Below, one piece after another: positions 40,542 through 49,199 of a stretch of DNA of 64,000 bases; positions within the stretch are counted from its first letter, which is position 1, and each line of letters opens with the position of its first letter. Origin of the DNA: a virus. The notes beneath the pieces were generated by a model. That model worked only from the letters and a program-made list of their open reading frames with translations, had not been told where the DNA came from and did not search any database. A program made the translations under genes and the position numbers. The DNA is taken from IMG/VR virus record IMGVR_UViG_3300002026_000004, positions 1 through 64,000 of that record; one strand, 5' to 3'.

Positions 40542-41596
40542 TGAAGTATAGATTAAAAGAACTTAATAATCTTAATGATAATTTTTATCGTTGGTTTGGT
40601 GATAGCAAAGTTGTTGATAATCAAGGAAAACCTATCGTGGTTTATCACGGTACTTCAGCTAAGTTTAGGGCTTTTAATAAGAAAAAAGCGGCTATGGGTG
40701 GGATATTTTGGTTTACAACTAACAAACAAGAAGTTGAAGATGGTAATGTTGGGGCCGCTGGTCATGGTGTTATATTAGAACTGTATGCTAGAATAATAAA
40801 TCCTGCTGGTTGGAAAGAATATGAAAAATTAGGATTAGGACAACTAGTAGATAGAGGATATGATGGAGTTATCTTAGAACATAGTGATGGTTTTATTGGT
40901 TTCGTATTTGAACCAAATCAATTAAAATCTATTAACAATAAAGGTACGTGGAGTTTGAATTCTAATAAAATTAATGAGATGGCTTATCCAACTCAATTCT
41001 CTTTTGAAAAATTATTATCATTAACTTCTTATAAGAAAAGATTAGATTATGTTCAAAGTCTATTACAAAGAATATCTTCAGGGTCTTCAAGAGTAGTATA
41101 TAAAGTTGACGATGAGAAAGTATTAAAGATAGCTAGGAATAAAAAAGGTTTAGCTCAGAATGAAGTTGAATCAGATGAGGAATTTCAATATATGTATCCT
41201 AGTTTAGTTGCTAAGGTTTTTGAGAAGGATAAAAATAATCTATTCTTAGAAATGGAATTGGCTAGGAAAGTAACACCTACTAAGTTCAAACAAGTATTAG
41301 GATTTACTACCGATGATTTAACTAGATTATTAGAGAATACTGCCTATAGAGCTTATGGTAATAATAAAACTCCTAGTTATTGGAGTAAAGCAGATGAAGG
41401 GTTAGAACACCTTTGGGATAATGAGTTTGTAATGAGTCTTACTGACTATGCTGTAAACTTTAATATTCCTATTCCTGGGGATTTAGATAGATTATCTTCA
41501 TATGGTTTAGTTACAAGAGAAGGTCAAGAGTCTATTGTTTTAATTGATTTTGGATTAACTCAATATGTATATGACACTCACTATGGTAGGAGATAA
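40541..41596 (+). CDS. ART-PolyVal-like domain fused to a protein-kinase-like domain
   Basis: N-half: WFGDSKVVD...VYHGT...GYDGV...FEPNQLKS; C-half: SSGSSRVVY, VLKIA, QNEVE, GDL, LIDFG. Confidence 0.8.
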   Translation: MKYRLKELNNLNDNFYRWFGDSKVVDNQGKPIVVYHGTSAKFRAFNKKKAAMGGIFWFTTNKQEVEDGNVGAAGHGVILELYARIINPAGWKEYEKLGLGQLVDRGYDGVILEHSDGFIGFVFEPNQLKSINNKGTWSLNSNKINEMAYPTQFSFEKLLSLTSYKKRLDYVQSLLQRISSGSSRVVYKVDDEKVLKIARNKKGLAQNEVESDEEFQYMYPSLVAKVFEKDKNNLFLEMELARKVTPTKFKQVLGFTTDDLTRLLENTAYRAYGNNKTPSYWSKADEGLEHLWDNEFVMSLTDYAVNFNIPIPGDLDRLSSYGLVTREGQESIVLIDFGLTQYVYDTHYGRR

Positions 41597-41599
41597 TTA

Positions 41600-42115
41600 A
41601 TGCAATTTTGGCATGGTGGCAATTTAGATGACTACAAAGATTTCCCTACTCAGAGTAAAGGTAGATATGAATATGGACCAGGATTATATTTAACTACTCA
41701 TTATGATACAGCAAAAAAGTATTCTAAAGGCAGTAGAAAATTATACTTAATTGATGTAGAAGTTGGTATTGATGCTACTAAATCTTTTATTGATAATAAT
41801 AGTGCTTTTGAGTTCATTAATACTTGGTGTATAAAATCTAAAATAAAAGAAATAGGATATAGCTTAAACAAATATATTAAAAGTAATAAAATACCTGCTA
41901 ATATATTCATAAATGTAATTCTTAATACTAATGCAATTCCATCTAAGTACACTAATAAACTTAGAGAGTTTTTAGTTAACAATAATATAGATTATGAAGT
42001 AGTTAAAAATGCCTTTGGTTGGAATGAAACTATGTTAGTTCTCTATAACATGAAGAAGATTAAGAGAATAAAGCAGATTAAATCTACTGATAAAATAGAA
42101 AAATATGACTTATAA
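41600..42115 (+). CDS. ADP-ribosyltransferase-like protein
   Basis: FWHGG...YGPGLYLTT...AKKYS. Confidence 0.7.
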   Translation: MQFWHGGNLDDYKDFPTQSKGRYEYGPGLYLTTHYDTAKKYSKGSRKLYLIDVEVGIDATKSFIDNNSAFEFINTWCIKSKIKEIGYSLNKYIKSNKIPANIFINVILNTNAIPSKYTNKLREFLVNNNIDYEVVKNAFGWNETMLVLYNMKKIKRIKQIKSTDKIEKYDL

Positions 42116-42119
42116 ATAC

Positions 42120-42148
42120 TTGACAAAAGTTTAATTCTAATGTATTAT
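42120..42148 (+). promoter_or_regulatory. Early sigma70-type promoter
   Basis: TTGACA-N17-TATTAT. Confidence 0.75.
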
Positions 42149-42169
42149 AGCTATAGATAGGAGAAAATT

Positions 42170-42484
42170 ATGAAGAAAATAACAGTTAGATTAGCGGAAA
42201 TGGATGTTAATTCCAGTATTAAGGCTATGGACCCTACCGGAAAATATTCAAAGTGGATTATTAAAATGCTTAATAGTGATAAGGAAGAGGCTAAATGGGC
42301 ATTAGGAAATGTTCCTAGAATGAAGAAGGCTTTTGCTTTACATTCAGCTATCGTTAATGCTGGTGGATTTGAAAAGGGTGATTGGCCTAATAGGGATGAT
42401 ATTAACTCCTTTGACTCTATTTTTGATTTTGAAGGATATATGGGTGACTATGGTCCTAATTACGTTCGAAAATATAATTTATAA
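42170..42484 (+). CDS. Small protein consisting only of the DPT..KYSxW domain shared with 42520 and 57896
   Basis: MDPTGKYSKWIIK...DDINSF. Confidence 0.65.
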   Translation: MKKITVRLAEMDVNSSIKAMDPTGKYSKWIIKMLNSDKEEAKWALGNVPRMKKAFALHSAIVNAGGFEKGDWPNRDDINSFDSIFDFEGYMGDYGPNYVRKYNL

Positions 42485-42486
42485 TT

Positions 42487-42515
42487 AAAAAGCCCTGAAA
42501 ATTAATCAGGGCTTT
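42487..42515. terminator. Bidirectional terminator
   Basis: AAAAGCCCTGA-N7-TCAGGGCTTTT between convergent genes. Confidence 0.85.
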
Positions 42516-42519
42516 TCAT

Positions 42520-43923
42520 TTATAATCCGTAAGGTAAATCTTGTTGCTTATCTTTTTTTCTTTGGAATTCTGTTGAAGCAGGATTATCAGCACTAGAGTA
42601 ATTATACTCTAATTGATAATAAATAGTATAGGTTGTTTCCCCCATAGATATTTCTACTTCTTCATAAGAGTCAATATAATTATATCCATAACCACTATCA
42701 GTTTCTACTTTATGTCTGAACTCAAAATTGTCCCTAAACATATCTTGGAATACATCATCTGAGCGTAGTCCTTCTTGATTACAAATTAAATAATCATATT
42801 TTACGTCTTTACCTAAAAGGTCAGTAACAGCATGAGTTAGTTCATAAGTATCATAACTATCGCTTCTTTCTGCTTGATGCCATTTATTATTAGCATTATT
42901 AATAGCATCATCTGGCATTACATCACTACGCATTTCTACATAAATACCAATACCGTTTTCTACACTAAATCCTTCTAAACCATATATATCTTCAATTTCT
43001 GAATAGTATTCTTGACCTTTACCTATTTTATAAACTTTAAAAGTTGAGTAAGTAGTTTCATCACCACTATCTTCTTCCCCATAATCTTCACCAGAATAGG
43101 AATATAAGGATGCTGATACTGAACCATTTAAAACACCATCATTATCAATTTCACCATAATAGCTATTCATTATCTCATATGTTTTTTTATCACCAGCAAA
43201 TCCACCAGCGTCTTCAATTTTTTCTTTTAAATCTGAAACAATTTCATCAGGGATATCTCTAAAGAAAGTATCATCAATATCTTCAACAGTATCATCAGAA
43301 ACATCTCTACATTCTACTTCAGATAATGAACGAGAATTACCATTAGGGATATATAATTGATATGCCTCATTAGCAAATTCACCATTTTTAAAGAATCTAT
43401 GAATATATAAAGTTCCCTGTTCTGAATATGATTCATAATGTCCTGAATATGTTTTAGAAGTAGTACACCAATGAGTATTAGCACCATACTTACAAGAAGC
43501 TTGGTATGATAATGGTATTAATAATAAATTATTTTCATCCTTATATAGGATTTTTATATTTTTATCAGCTTTCTTTTCTATCTCTTTATCAACTAAATCC
43601 TGTTTAAATCTTCTGTGATTTTGTTCCATGAACTCCATAAAAGTAGTATATATTTTAAACTTATTTATATCTGTCCATGTGCTATTAATGATATTACTTT
43701 TCTTAAACTTATCATACTCACCTAAATAGAATTTAAGATTAATACCTTCTGATTCTAAATACTCTCTATTTTGTTCAGGGTTTTTTAGATATTTATCAAC
43801 TAACCAGCGTGAATATAATTTAGTTGGAGTAGGGTCTAAAGAAAGTAGATATTCAAAAGTAGGTTCATCAATTTTATCTTTGTAAAAGTTATAGTTTATA
43901 GCTTCTAGTATACGAATATTCAT
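42520..43923 (-). CDS. Putative virion-internal protein (DPT-KYSRW and ASCKYGANTHWCT family; PcfJ-like)
   Basis: LDPTPTKLYSRWL, DINKF, ASCKYGANTHWCTTS; paralogue of 57896. Confidence 0.6.
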   Translation of the reverse strand: MNIRILEAINYNFYKDKIDEPTFEYLLSLDPTPTKLYSRWLVDKYLKNPEQNREYLESEGINLKFYLGEYDKFKKSNIINSTWTDINKFKIYTTFMEFMEQNHRRFKQDLVDKEIEKKADKNIKILYKDENNLLLIPLSYQASCKYGANTHWCTTSKTYSGHYESYSEQGTLYIHRFFKNGEFANEAYQLYIPNGNSRSLSEVECRDVSDDTVEDIDDTFFRDIPDEIVSDLKEKIEDAGGFAGDKKTYEIMNSYYGEIDNDGVLNGSVSASLYSYSGEDYGEEDSGDETTYSTFKVYKIGKGQEYYSEIEDIYGLEGFSVENGIGIYVEMRSDVMPDDAINNANNKWHQAERSDSYDTYELTHAVTDLLGKDVKYDYLICNQEGLRSDDVFQDMFRDNFEFRHKVETDSGYGYNYIDSYEEVEISMGETTYTIYYQLEYNYSSADNPASTEFQRKKDKQQDLPYGL

Positions 43924-44096
43924 TATTATTCTCCTATATACTTAAATTAGTTACATAAACATACTGAAAGTAATTACTACTAATTATTATATATGAATCC
44001 AAATAATTAACTACCAAAAAATGTAAGTAGTTATGGATAAAACAGAACTATATAAATTTATGTTCTAAACTTAACTAAGCTATTAAGGAGTTAACT

Positions 44097-45278
44097 ATGG
44101 CTGGTGAATTTAAGGTTTACAAGAAGAAAGAATGGTGGAGAGAGGATTCAGAAGTTCCCGATTATGCTCGGAAAATGGATGAATCAGTAAAGCAAAAGAA
44201 AGAAGAAGAATATGAATTAAAACGTGGCTCTGATGGTCGTAACAAGCCCTCAATTACTGGTAGTTATGCTGGTACTAAGGGAAAAGCTCGTGCTAAGAAA
44301 ACTGTTGCAGAAAAAACTGAAGTTCGCGCTCGTACTATGAAAGAAGCTGATTATGATGAATATGATGATTACGAAGGTGATGACTTAGAAGATGAAGGAA
44401 TGGATGACGTTGGTATGGACGATGAAGGTATCAATGATGAATCTGATGTTCCAATGGAAGCTGATGGTGAAGACTTTGGTGGTTCCGTTTGCACATGCCC
44501 AAATTGCGGTGCGAAGTTAGTAATTGAAACTGCTGATGAAGAAGAAGCCGAAGGTGAAGACATTGATGGAATGGATGATGTTTCCCCTGAAGAAGAATCA
44601 GAGTTCAAAGACGATGAAATGGGTGCAGAATCAGAAGAAAAAGATTTAACTGTTCCTAAGTTTGAGTCAAAGAAAGATAAGTATGATAGAATTCAAAAGA
44701 AAGTAGAATCAAAAAGAAACTCTAAAAAAGAGGAGAGTGATGCTGATTTTGAGAAAGCTTACTTAGAATGGAAAAAAGAGAGAATGAAGAGAATTGAAGC
44801 TTTAAAGGCTAAGGGAAAGAAAAGAGTAGAAAGTGAATCAGAAATTGGTATTGAATATGGTTCAGATACTCCTGACATGGTTAAGAAAGGTACTACTAAT
44901 ACTGGAACTAAAACAGACGTAGGTGCTGGTAACGATGACGACCCCGATATTACTTCTTCTTCAACTCCTGATTTAGTTACTAAAGGCCAGACTAATACTG
45001 GAACTAAGACTATTCAATCAGAAAAGACTAAAGCAAGAAAAGCTATTGCTGAAAAAGAGCAAAGTGCTGTTACTGACCCCTTTGAAGATGAAGCTGATGC
45101 CGATGCGGTTACAACTGATGACTTCGCTAACCTCCCTGTAGATGTTGGTGCTGACCCTGATGCTATTACTAAATATAAAGGCGTTCAAGAACGCAGAGCA
45201 GTAAGAAAGACTAACCCCGATGGTGCTATCCATGAATCCTTTGACTTCAAGAAGTTAGTTCGTGGCGAGTATAAATAA
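44097..45278 (+). CDS. Acidic prohead core/scaffold-like protein with a CxCPxC motif
   Basis: D/E-rich with charged coils, many xxE-S sites and duplicated TPD(M/L)VxKGxTNTGTKT; late motif at 43979; strong RBS and terminator. Confidence 0.5.
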   Translation: MAGEFKVYKKKEWWREDSEVPDYARKMDESVKQKKEEEYELKRGSDGRNKPSITGSYAGTKGKARAKKTVAEKTEVRARTMKEADYDEYDDYEGDDLEDEGMDDVGMDDEGINDESDVPMEADGEDFGGSVCTCPNCGAKLVIETADEEEAEGEDIDGMDDVSPEEESEFKDDEMGAESEEKDLTVPKFESKKDKYDRIQKKVESKRNSKKEESDADFEKAYLEWKKERMKRIEALKAKGKKRVESESEIGIEYGSDTPDMVKKGTTNTGTKTDVGAGNDDDPDITSSSTPDLVTKGQTNTGTKTIQSEKTKARKAIAEKEQSAVTDPFEDEADADAVTTDDFANLPVDVGADPDAITKYKGVQERRAVRKTNPDGAIHESFDFKKLVRGEYK

Positions 45279-45302
45279 CTAAAAACTATTAAAAAAAGTT
45301 CG

Positions 45303-45333
45303 AATCCTGCCCGTAAAAAGGCAGGATTTTTTT
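45303..45333 (+). terminator. Rho-independent terminator
   Basis: AATCCTGCC-N8-GGCAGGATT followed by a T-run. Confidence 0.85.
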
Positions 45334-45357
45334 ATTTAAAAATAATATTAAAACCTA

Positions 45358-45386
45358 TTGACATTTATTCTACAATAGAGTATACT
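45358..45386 (+). promoter_or_regulatory. Early sigma70-type promoter
   Basis: TTGACA-N17-TATACT. Confidence 0.85.
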
Positions 45387-45451
45387 ATCATAGTCAGGTG
45401 AGCAACGAAAGAGTTACCAACCTGATAAAATCTGTTAAGTAGGAGTCAAAT

Positions 45452-46393
45452 ATGGCCGCGAATGTAGAAAATATGTTTTATGTAGGTCGTCAAGTTCCCT
45501 GGCATGGCCTTGGAGTTTCTGTGGTAGAAGCTCCGAATTCGGCGGAAGCCATCAAGCTTGCAGGACTCAATTGGCAAGTTGAAACCACTTGCATGAAAAT
45601 TGAACATAAGGGTAATGATATTATCGTTCCTAACGTCTTTGCAAACAAACGGTCTACCGATGGTGCTGTTCTCGGAGTTGTTACTGGCAAGTATAAGATT
45701 GTCCAGAACGAAGAAGCTTTCAGCTTTACTGATGGACTCCTTGGAGAGGATATCAAATATGAAACCGCTGGCTCTCTTGCTGGTGGAAAGAAAATCTGGC
45801 TTCTCGCTCGTATGCCTGATTCGGAAATTGTTGGAGATAAGTTCGAGAATTATCTCGCCTTTTGTAATTCTCATGATGGTAAAGGCTCTGTCCAGGTAGC
45901 GGCAACCAAAGTAAGAATTGTTTGCGAGAATACGATGAACCTCGCTCTTAATACGGCTAAACGGTCCTGGTCCACCAAGCATATGGGAAACATGGAGTCC
46001 AAGATGGCTGAAGCTCATCGGACTCTTGAACTCGCTAATACTTATAATGATGCTTTCGTTCTGGAAGCTTCCAAACTTGCTGACGAAAAGATTACCGACA
46101 TTTCCTTCGAGCTTTTCGTTCAGAACCTCGTTAATATCCCTGAAGGTGCTACTGACCGTATCATTCGCGGTATCACTGAACAGCGCGACGACCTCATGAT
46201 GCGCTACATGAAGGCTCCTGACCTCAGCACCATTCGCGGAACCAAGTGGGGCGTTCTTCAGGCTGTGTCTGACTTCGCCACTCACAAGACTCCCCAGCGC
46301 AATACTGCTACCCACCAAGAGAATCTCTTTGATGAGACGATTCAGGGTAATAAGCTCATTGATAAAGCCTACGACCTTCTGAAGGCGGTTTAA
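45452..46393 (+). CDS. DUF932 / TIGR03299 phage-plasmid protein
   Basis: MFYVGRQVPWHGLG, YKIVQNEEAF, ETAGSLAGGKKIW, NSHDG, VRIVCENT, GTKWG. Confidence 0.92.
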   Translation: MAANVENMFYVGRQVPWHGLGVSVVEAPNSAEAIKLAGLNWQVETTCMKIEHKGNDIIVPNVFANKRSTDGAVLGVVTGKYKIVQNEEAFSFTDGLLGEDIKYETAGSLAGGKKIWLLARMPDSEIVGDKFENYLAFCNSHDGKGSVQVAATKVRIVCENTMNLALNTAKRSWSTKHMGNMESKMAEAHRTLELANTYNDAFVLEASKLADEKITDISFELFVQNLVNIPEGATDRIIRGITEQRDDLMMRYMKAPDLSTIRGTKWGVLQAVSDFATHKTPQRNTATHQENLFDETIQGNKLIDKAYDLLKAV

Positions 46394-46399
46394 TAATAA

Positions 46400-46430
46400 A
46401 AGCCTACCCTTTTTTGGGTGGGCTTAATTT
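46400..46430 (+). terminator. Terminator hairpin
   Basis: AAGCCTACCC-tttttt-GGGTGGGCTT. Confidence 0.7.
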
Positions 46431-46447
46431 CTATTTAGGAGTATAAT

Positions 46448-46849
46448 ATGAACAGCTTAAACTCGATTCTGGTAGAAGGAAACATTGTTGCTGACCCTGT
46501 AGTAGGAACAACACCCGCAGGAACCCCTGTTTGCACTTTTTCTGTAGCATCAAATCGATTTTATAAGGAAAAGGGTGAATCAGACTTTACTAAAGAAACT
46601 TCCTTCTTTAAGGTAGAAACTTGGGCGCGACTTGCTGAATCTGTTTCTGATTTAGGAAAGAAAGGCAGGGGTGTTCGTGTTGTAGGACGATTAAAACAAA
46701 ATCGTTGGGTAGATTCCAATGGTAAAAATAATTCTGAAATTATTATCGTTGCTGAACATGTTGAGTTCAAGCCTGAGTTCAAGCCAGAAACTCCTATTTA
46801 TAATCCTAATGAATCTACTGAAGAAAACGAGACTAATGATACTTTTTAA
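46448..46849 (+). CDS. ssb: Bacterial-type single-stranded DNA-binding protein
   Basis: LNSILVEGNIVADP, FSVASNR, VETWARLAE, KGRGVRVVGRLKQNRW; acidic tail ending DTF. Confidence 0.93.
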   Translation: MNSLNSILVEGNIVADPVVGTTPAGTPVCTFSVASNRFYKEKGESDFTKETSFFKVETWARLAESVSDLGKKGRGVRVVGRLKQNRWVDSNGKNNSEIIIVAEHVEFKPEFKPETPIYNPNESTEENETNDTF

Positions 46850-46874
46850 TGACTAATTAGTATAGGAGAACTGA

Positions 46875-47075
46875 ATGAAAATACTATTGCCACTGTCTAT
46901 AGATAATTGTCAGAGTGATTGTATTTTCTATCACGCCGATACATCTACTTCACCTTTTAGAGAGTTCTGTACATTTTCAATGAGAATGGAGGAAATTGAT
47001 TCTAGGAAATCATTAGTAGAAAATGATTGCCCTTTAATTAAGTTTGAAGTTAAATTAGAACTAAAAACCGAATAA
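46875..47075 (+). CDS. Small Cys-containing hypothetical protein
   Basis: ACTAATTAGT and AGGAG RBS upstream; CxxxC...C...CPL. Confidence 0.55.
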   Translation: MKILLPLSIDNCQSDCIFYHADTSTSPFREFCTFSMRMEEIDSRKSLVENDCPLIKFEVKLELKTE

Positions 47076-47795
47076 GATTTTTGATGAATAGAATGTTCTA
47101 GTTTCACCAGAGTAATAATCTTTCCTAACACATTTATATTTGTTTAGGAAGGTTATTGCTCTTTTTTTTAGTTCAGCTTCATATTGAGATAAATACTCTG
47201 ATTCTGATTTATTATTAATAATAGCAAATTTCTTAATATCATCTGATGAATATGGTGTATTTATATCTTCTTCTGAAGCTACCATGCTAAGAATAAAATT
47301 TAGAATTTCACTAGACTCATACCCTTTTGAAACTACTTCAGTATGGGTATGCGCCCCTGCTTTACCTTTAACTATTTCCATTCCTGATGATAATCCATAA
47401 TTACCAGCATCAGCAAAATAAGCATCTTTAGGAATATTAACAAGTTTATTATTAGTATATAATTCTAAATAAGGTTCTTTAAAATCCTCTAAACGAAAAT
47501 GGGCTATTCTTAACTCAAAATCAGCATCCTTAACAGGCATCATTAATAATGCTCCGAATGTTCCCATGTCAGTTAGGTATTTAGTATCAACAAAATTAAA
47601 AGGAGCTAATACTTTATACATATGAACAGAAGAATATCCTCTATCTACGCCTAAATGAGTTCGTAATACTTCAAATGTGTTATCTAATCCAAATGGTGTT
47701 GTTACATAAGCTCCTGGTCGAAATAGACAATTGGGAAAGGTATAAGAACCATCATCATACTTTTCCATAAACTCTTTAATCATACTAATCTCCAT
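47061..47795 (-). CDS. M23-family peptidase-like endolysin
   Basis: HLGVD, RIAH, AGNYGLS, GAHTHTEV. Confidence 0.7.
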   Translation of the reverse strand: MEISMIKEFMEKYDDGSYTFPNCLFRPGAYVTTPFGLDNTFEVLRTHLGVDRGYSSVHMYKVLAPFNFVDTKYLTDMGTFGALLMMPVKDADFELRIAHFRLEDFKEPYLELYTNNKLVNIPKDAYFADAGNYGLSSGMEIVKGKAGAHTHTEVVSKGYESSEILNFILSMVASEEDINTPYSSDDIKKFAIINNKSESEYLSQYEAELKKRAITFLNKYKCVRKDYYSGETRTFYSSKILFGF

Positions 47796-48370
47796 TTAGA
47801 TGTAACATGCTCGGTTATTCCTATTCCTGTTCTCATCATTGACATTAACTTCTGAGCATCACTATTATTTCTACATAAAACAATTTTAGAAAAAGCGTTA
47901 CTATCATTATCTAAGACAGCATTACGAGCTTTAGCTACAGAGTAATCAGAATCTACAATGTCTGTATCAGGGTCATGGTCACCAAAAGAAGTAACTTTTA
48001 TCTCATCAAAGTTAAAGTTTTCTTTATCTTTATTTAATCTATCTAAAGTATCCTGCATCTCTTTAACATGGTCTAACCCCATTATGAATATAACTTTCTT
48101 ATATTTTCTATTAAATAAGAATGCTAATACATCCTCAACATTTTCTACTTGAGGGTCATCACAAACATAAATAGGTAATACTGATTTTAAGTATTCTGCT
48201 TTTAATTCAAAGGGAATAGGGTTCTGTTTAGCATCATATTTCTGAGATAAAAACACTAATGGATCAGCTTGAAGTTGTGCCGCAGTAGTTCTTAAATGTT
48301 TGAATAACTGCTCATGAGCCTTAGTAGGAGGATTCGCTTTTTGGTAACAAATTACTGCTGTATCTTTCAT
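47780..48370 (-). CDS. HxGH nucleotidyltransferase (phage cytidylyltransferase/NMNAT-like)
   Basis: KANPPTKAHEQL, QNPIPFELK, FIMGLD, FGDHDPD...YSVAKARNAV. Confidence 0.75.
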   Translation of the reverse strand: MKDTAVICYQKANPPTKAHEQLFKHLRTTAAQLQADPLVFLSQKYDAKQNPIPFELKAEYLKSVLPIYVCDDPQVENVEDVLAFLFNRKYKKVIFIMGLDHVKEMQDTLDRLNKDKENFNFDEIKVTSFGDHDPDTDIVDSDYSVAKARNAVLDNDSNAFSKIVLCRNNSDAQKLMSMMRTGIGITEHVTSKWRLV

Positions 48371-48382
48371 TATTTTATTTCC

Positions 48383-48916
48383 TTACCACTCTAATAATTC
48401 TCTACGTTTAGCTATATCAATAGCCCAGGTTACAACTTGTTCTGGTAACTGCCCATCATAATAAGTTAATTTAAACTTAGTATAAATAATAGACCTAGCA
48501 CCAAAGGAACCTAGCATATCCTTGACCTGGAAGATAGTTAAAAATGGGTCTTCATTAGCATTATTTTGATAAAACTTAAATAGTAAATCATCCTGGTCTA
48601 AATTAGCTGTTGATGGTATTAATACTTCTATAGGTTGAGAATTTTTAACATAGGGAGAAATAATAATTTTCCCTGATGAATGAACTATTTTTCTTATTGG
48701 TATATCTATCATTGGAGGAAATATAACTGATACTACATCTAATCCTTCTATCTTCCTAGAGATAATATCATTCTGTGTAGATAACTTTACTGATATCTTA
48801 ATACAATCAGAAGCGGTTCCAGATAATCGAATTCCGTTATCTAATAATTTTTTAGATATTCTGTTTGTGTGGGCCGCTAGTCTTGACTGAAATGTAGTAG
48901 CAATGGTTTCATCCAT
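48383..48916 (-). CDS. Putative head-completion/neck protein
   Basis: Late operon; beta-rich head-closure-like pattern (inferred). Confidence 0.35.
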   Translation of the reverse strand: MDETIATTFQSRLAAHTNRISKKLLDNGIRLSGTASDCIKISVKLSTQNDIISRKIEGLDVVSVIFPPMIDIPIRKIVHSSGKIIISPYVKNSQPIEVLIPSTANLDQDDLLFKFYQNNANEDPFLTIFQVKDMLGSFGARSIIYTKFKLTYYDGQLPEQVVTWAIDIAKRRELLEW

Positions 48917-48927
48917 TAATTATTTCC

Positions 48928-49191
48928 TTAATAAAATACCTTATCTTTTCCTGAAGGTCGTTTACCCTTATTCATACGTTCTTTAATAAAACTAGCATTA
49001 GCACCAGTGTCTGAATTATATAAATCAGAAGTTGCTCTCATTGATTCAGGAACATTTAATGACATATTAGACCATACTCTTGTAGCTTTTTTAGCACAAC
49101 GAGTACAGGTAACTGACTTAGGAATCTTATCAGTCATTGACAATTCCTTTTCCTCTAAATTCCCACATTCACATCGATATTCGTAAACCAT
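48928..49191 (-). CDS. FmdB-like zinc-ribbon protein
   Basis: YEYRCECG...CTRC...RVWS. Confidence 0.8.
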   Translation of the reverse strand: MVYEYRCECGNLEEKELSMTDKIPKSVTCTRCAKKATRVWSNMSLNVPESMRATSDLYNSDTGANASFIKERMNKGKRPSGKDKVFY

Positions 49192-49199
49192 AATTCCCC

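Noticed and set aside
45298-45313. GTTCGAATCC tRNA T-loop-like motif
   Set aside because: No D arm, anticodon arm or acceptor stem; it is the 5' arm of a terminator
45446-46318. 290-aa antisense ORF, plus 45490-45756 and 45600-45899
   Set aside because: Shadow frames of the clear DUF932 gene in a higher-GC stretch
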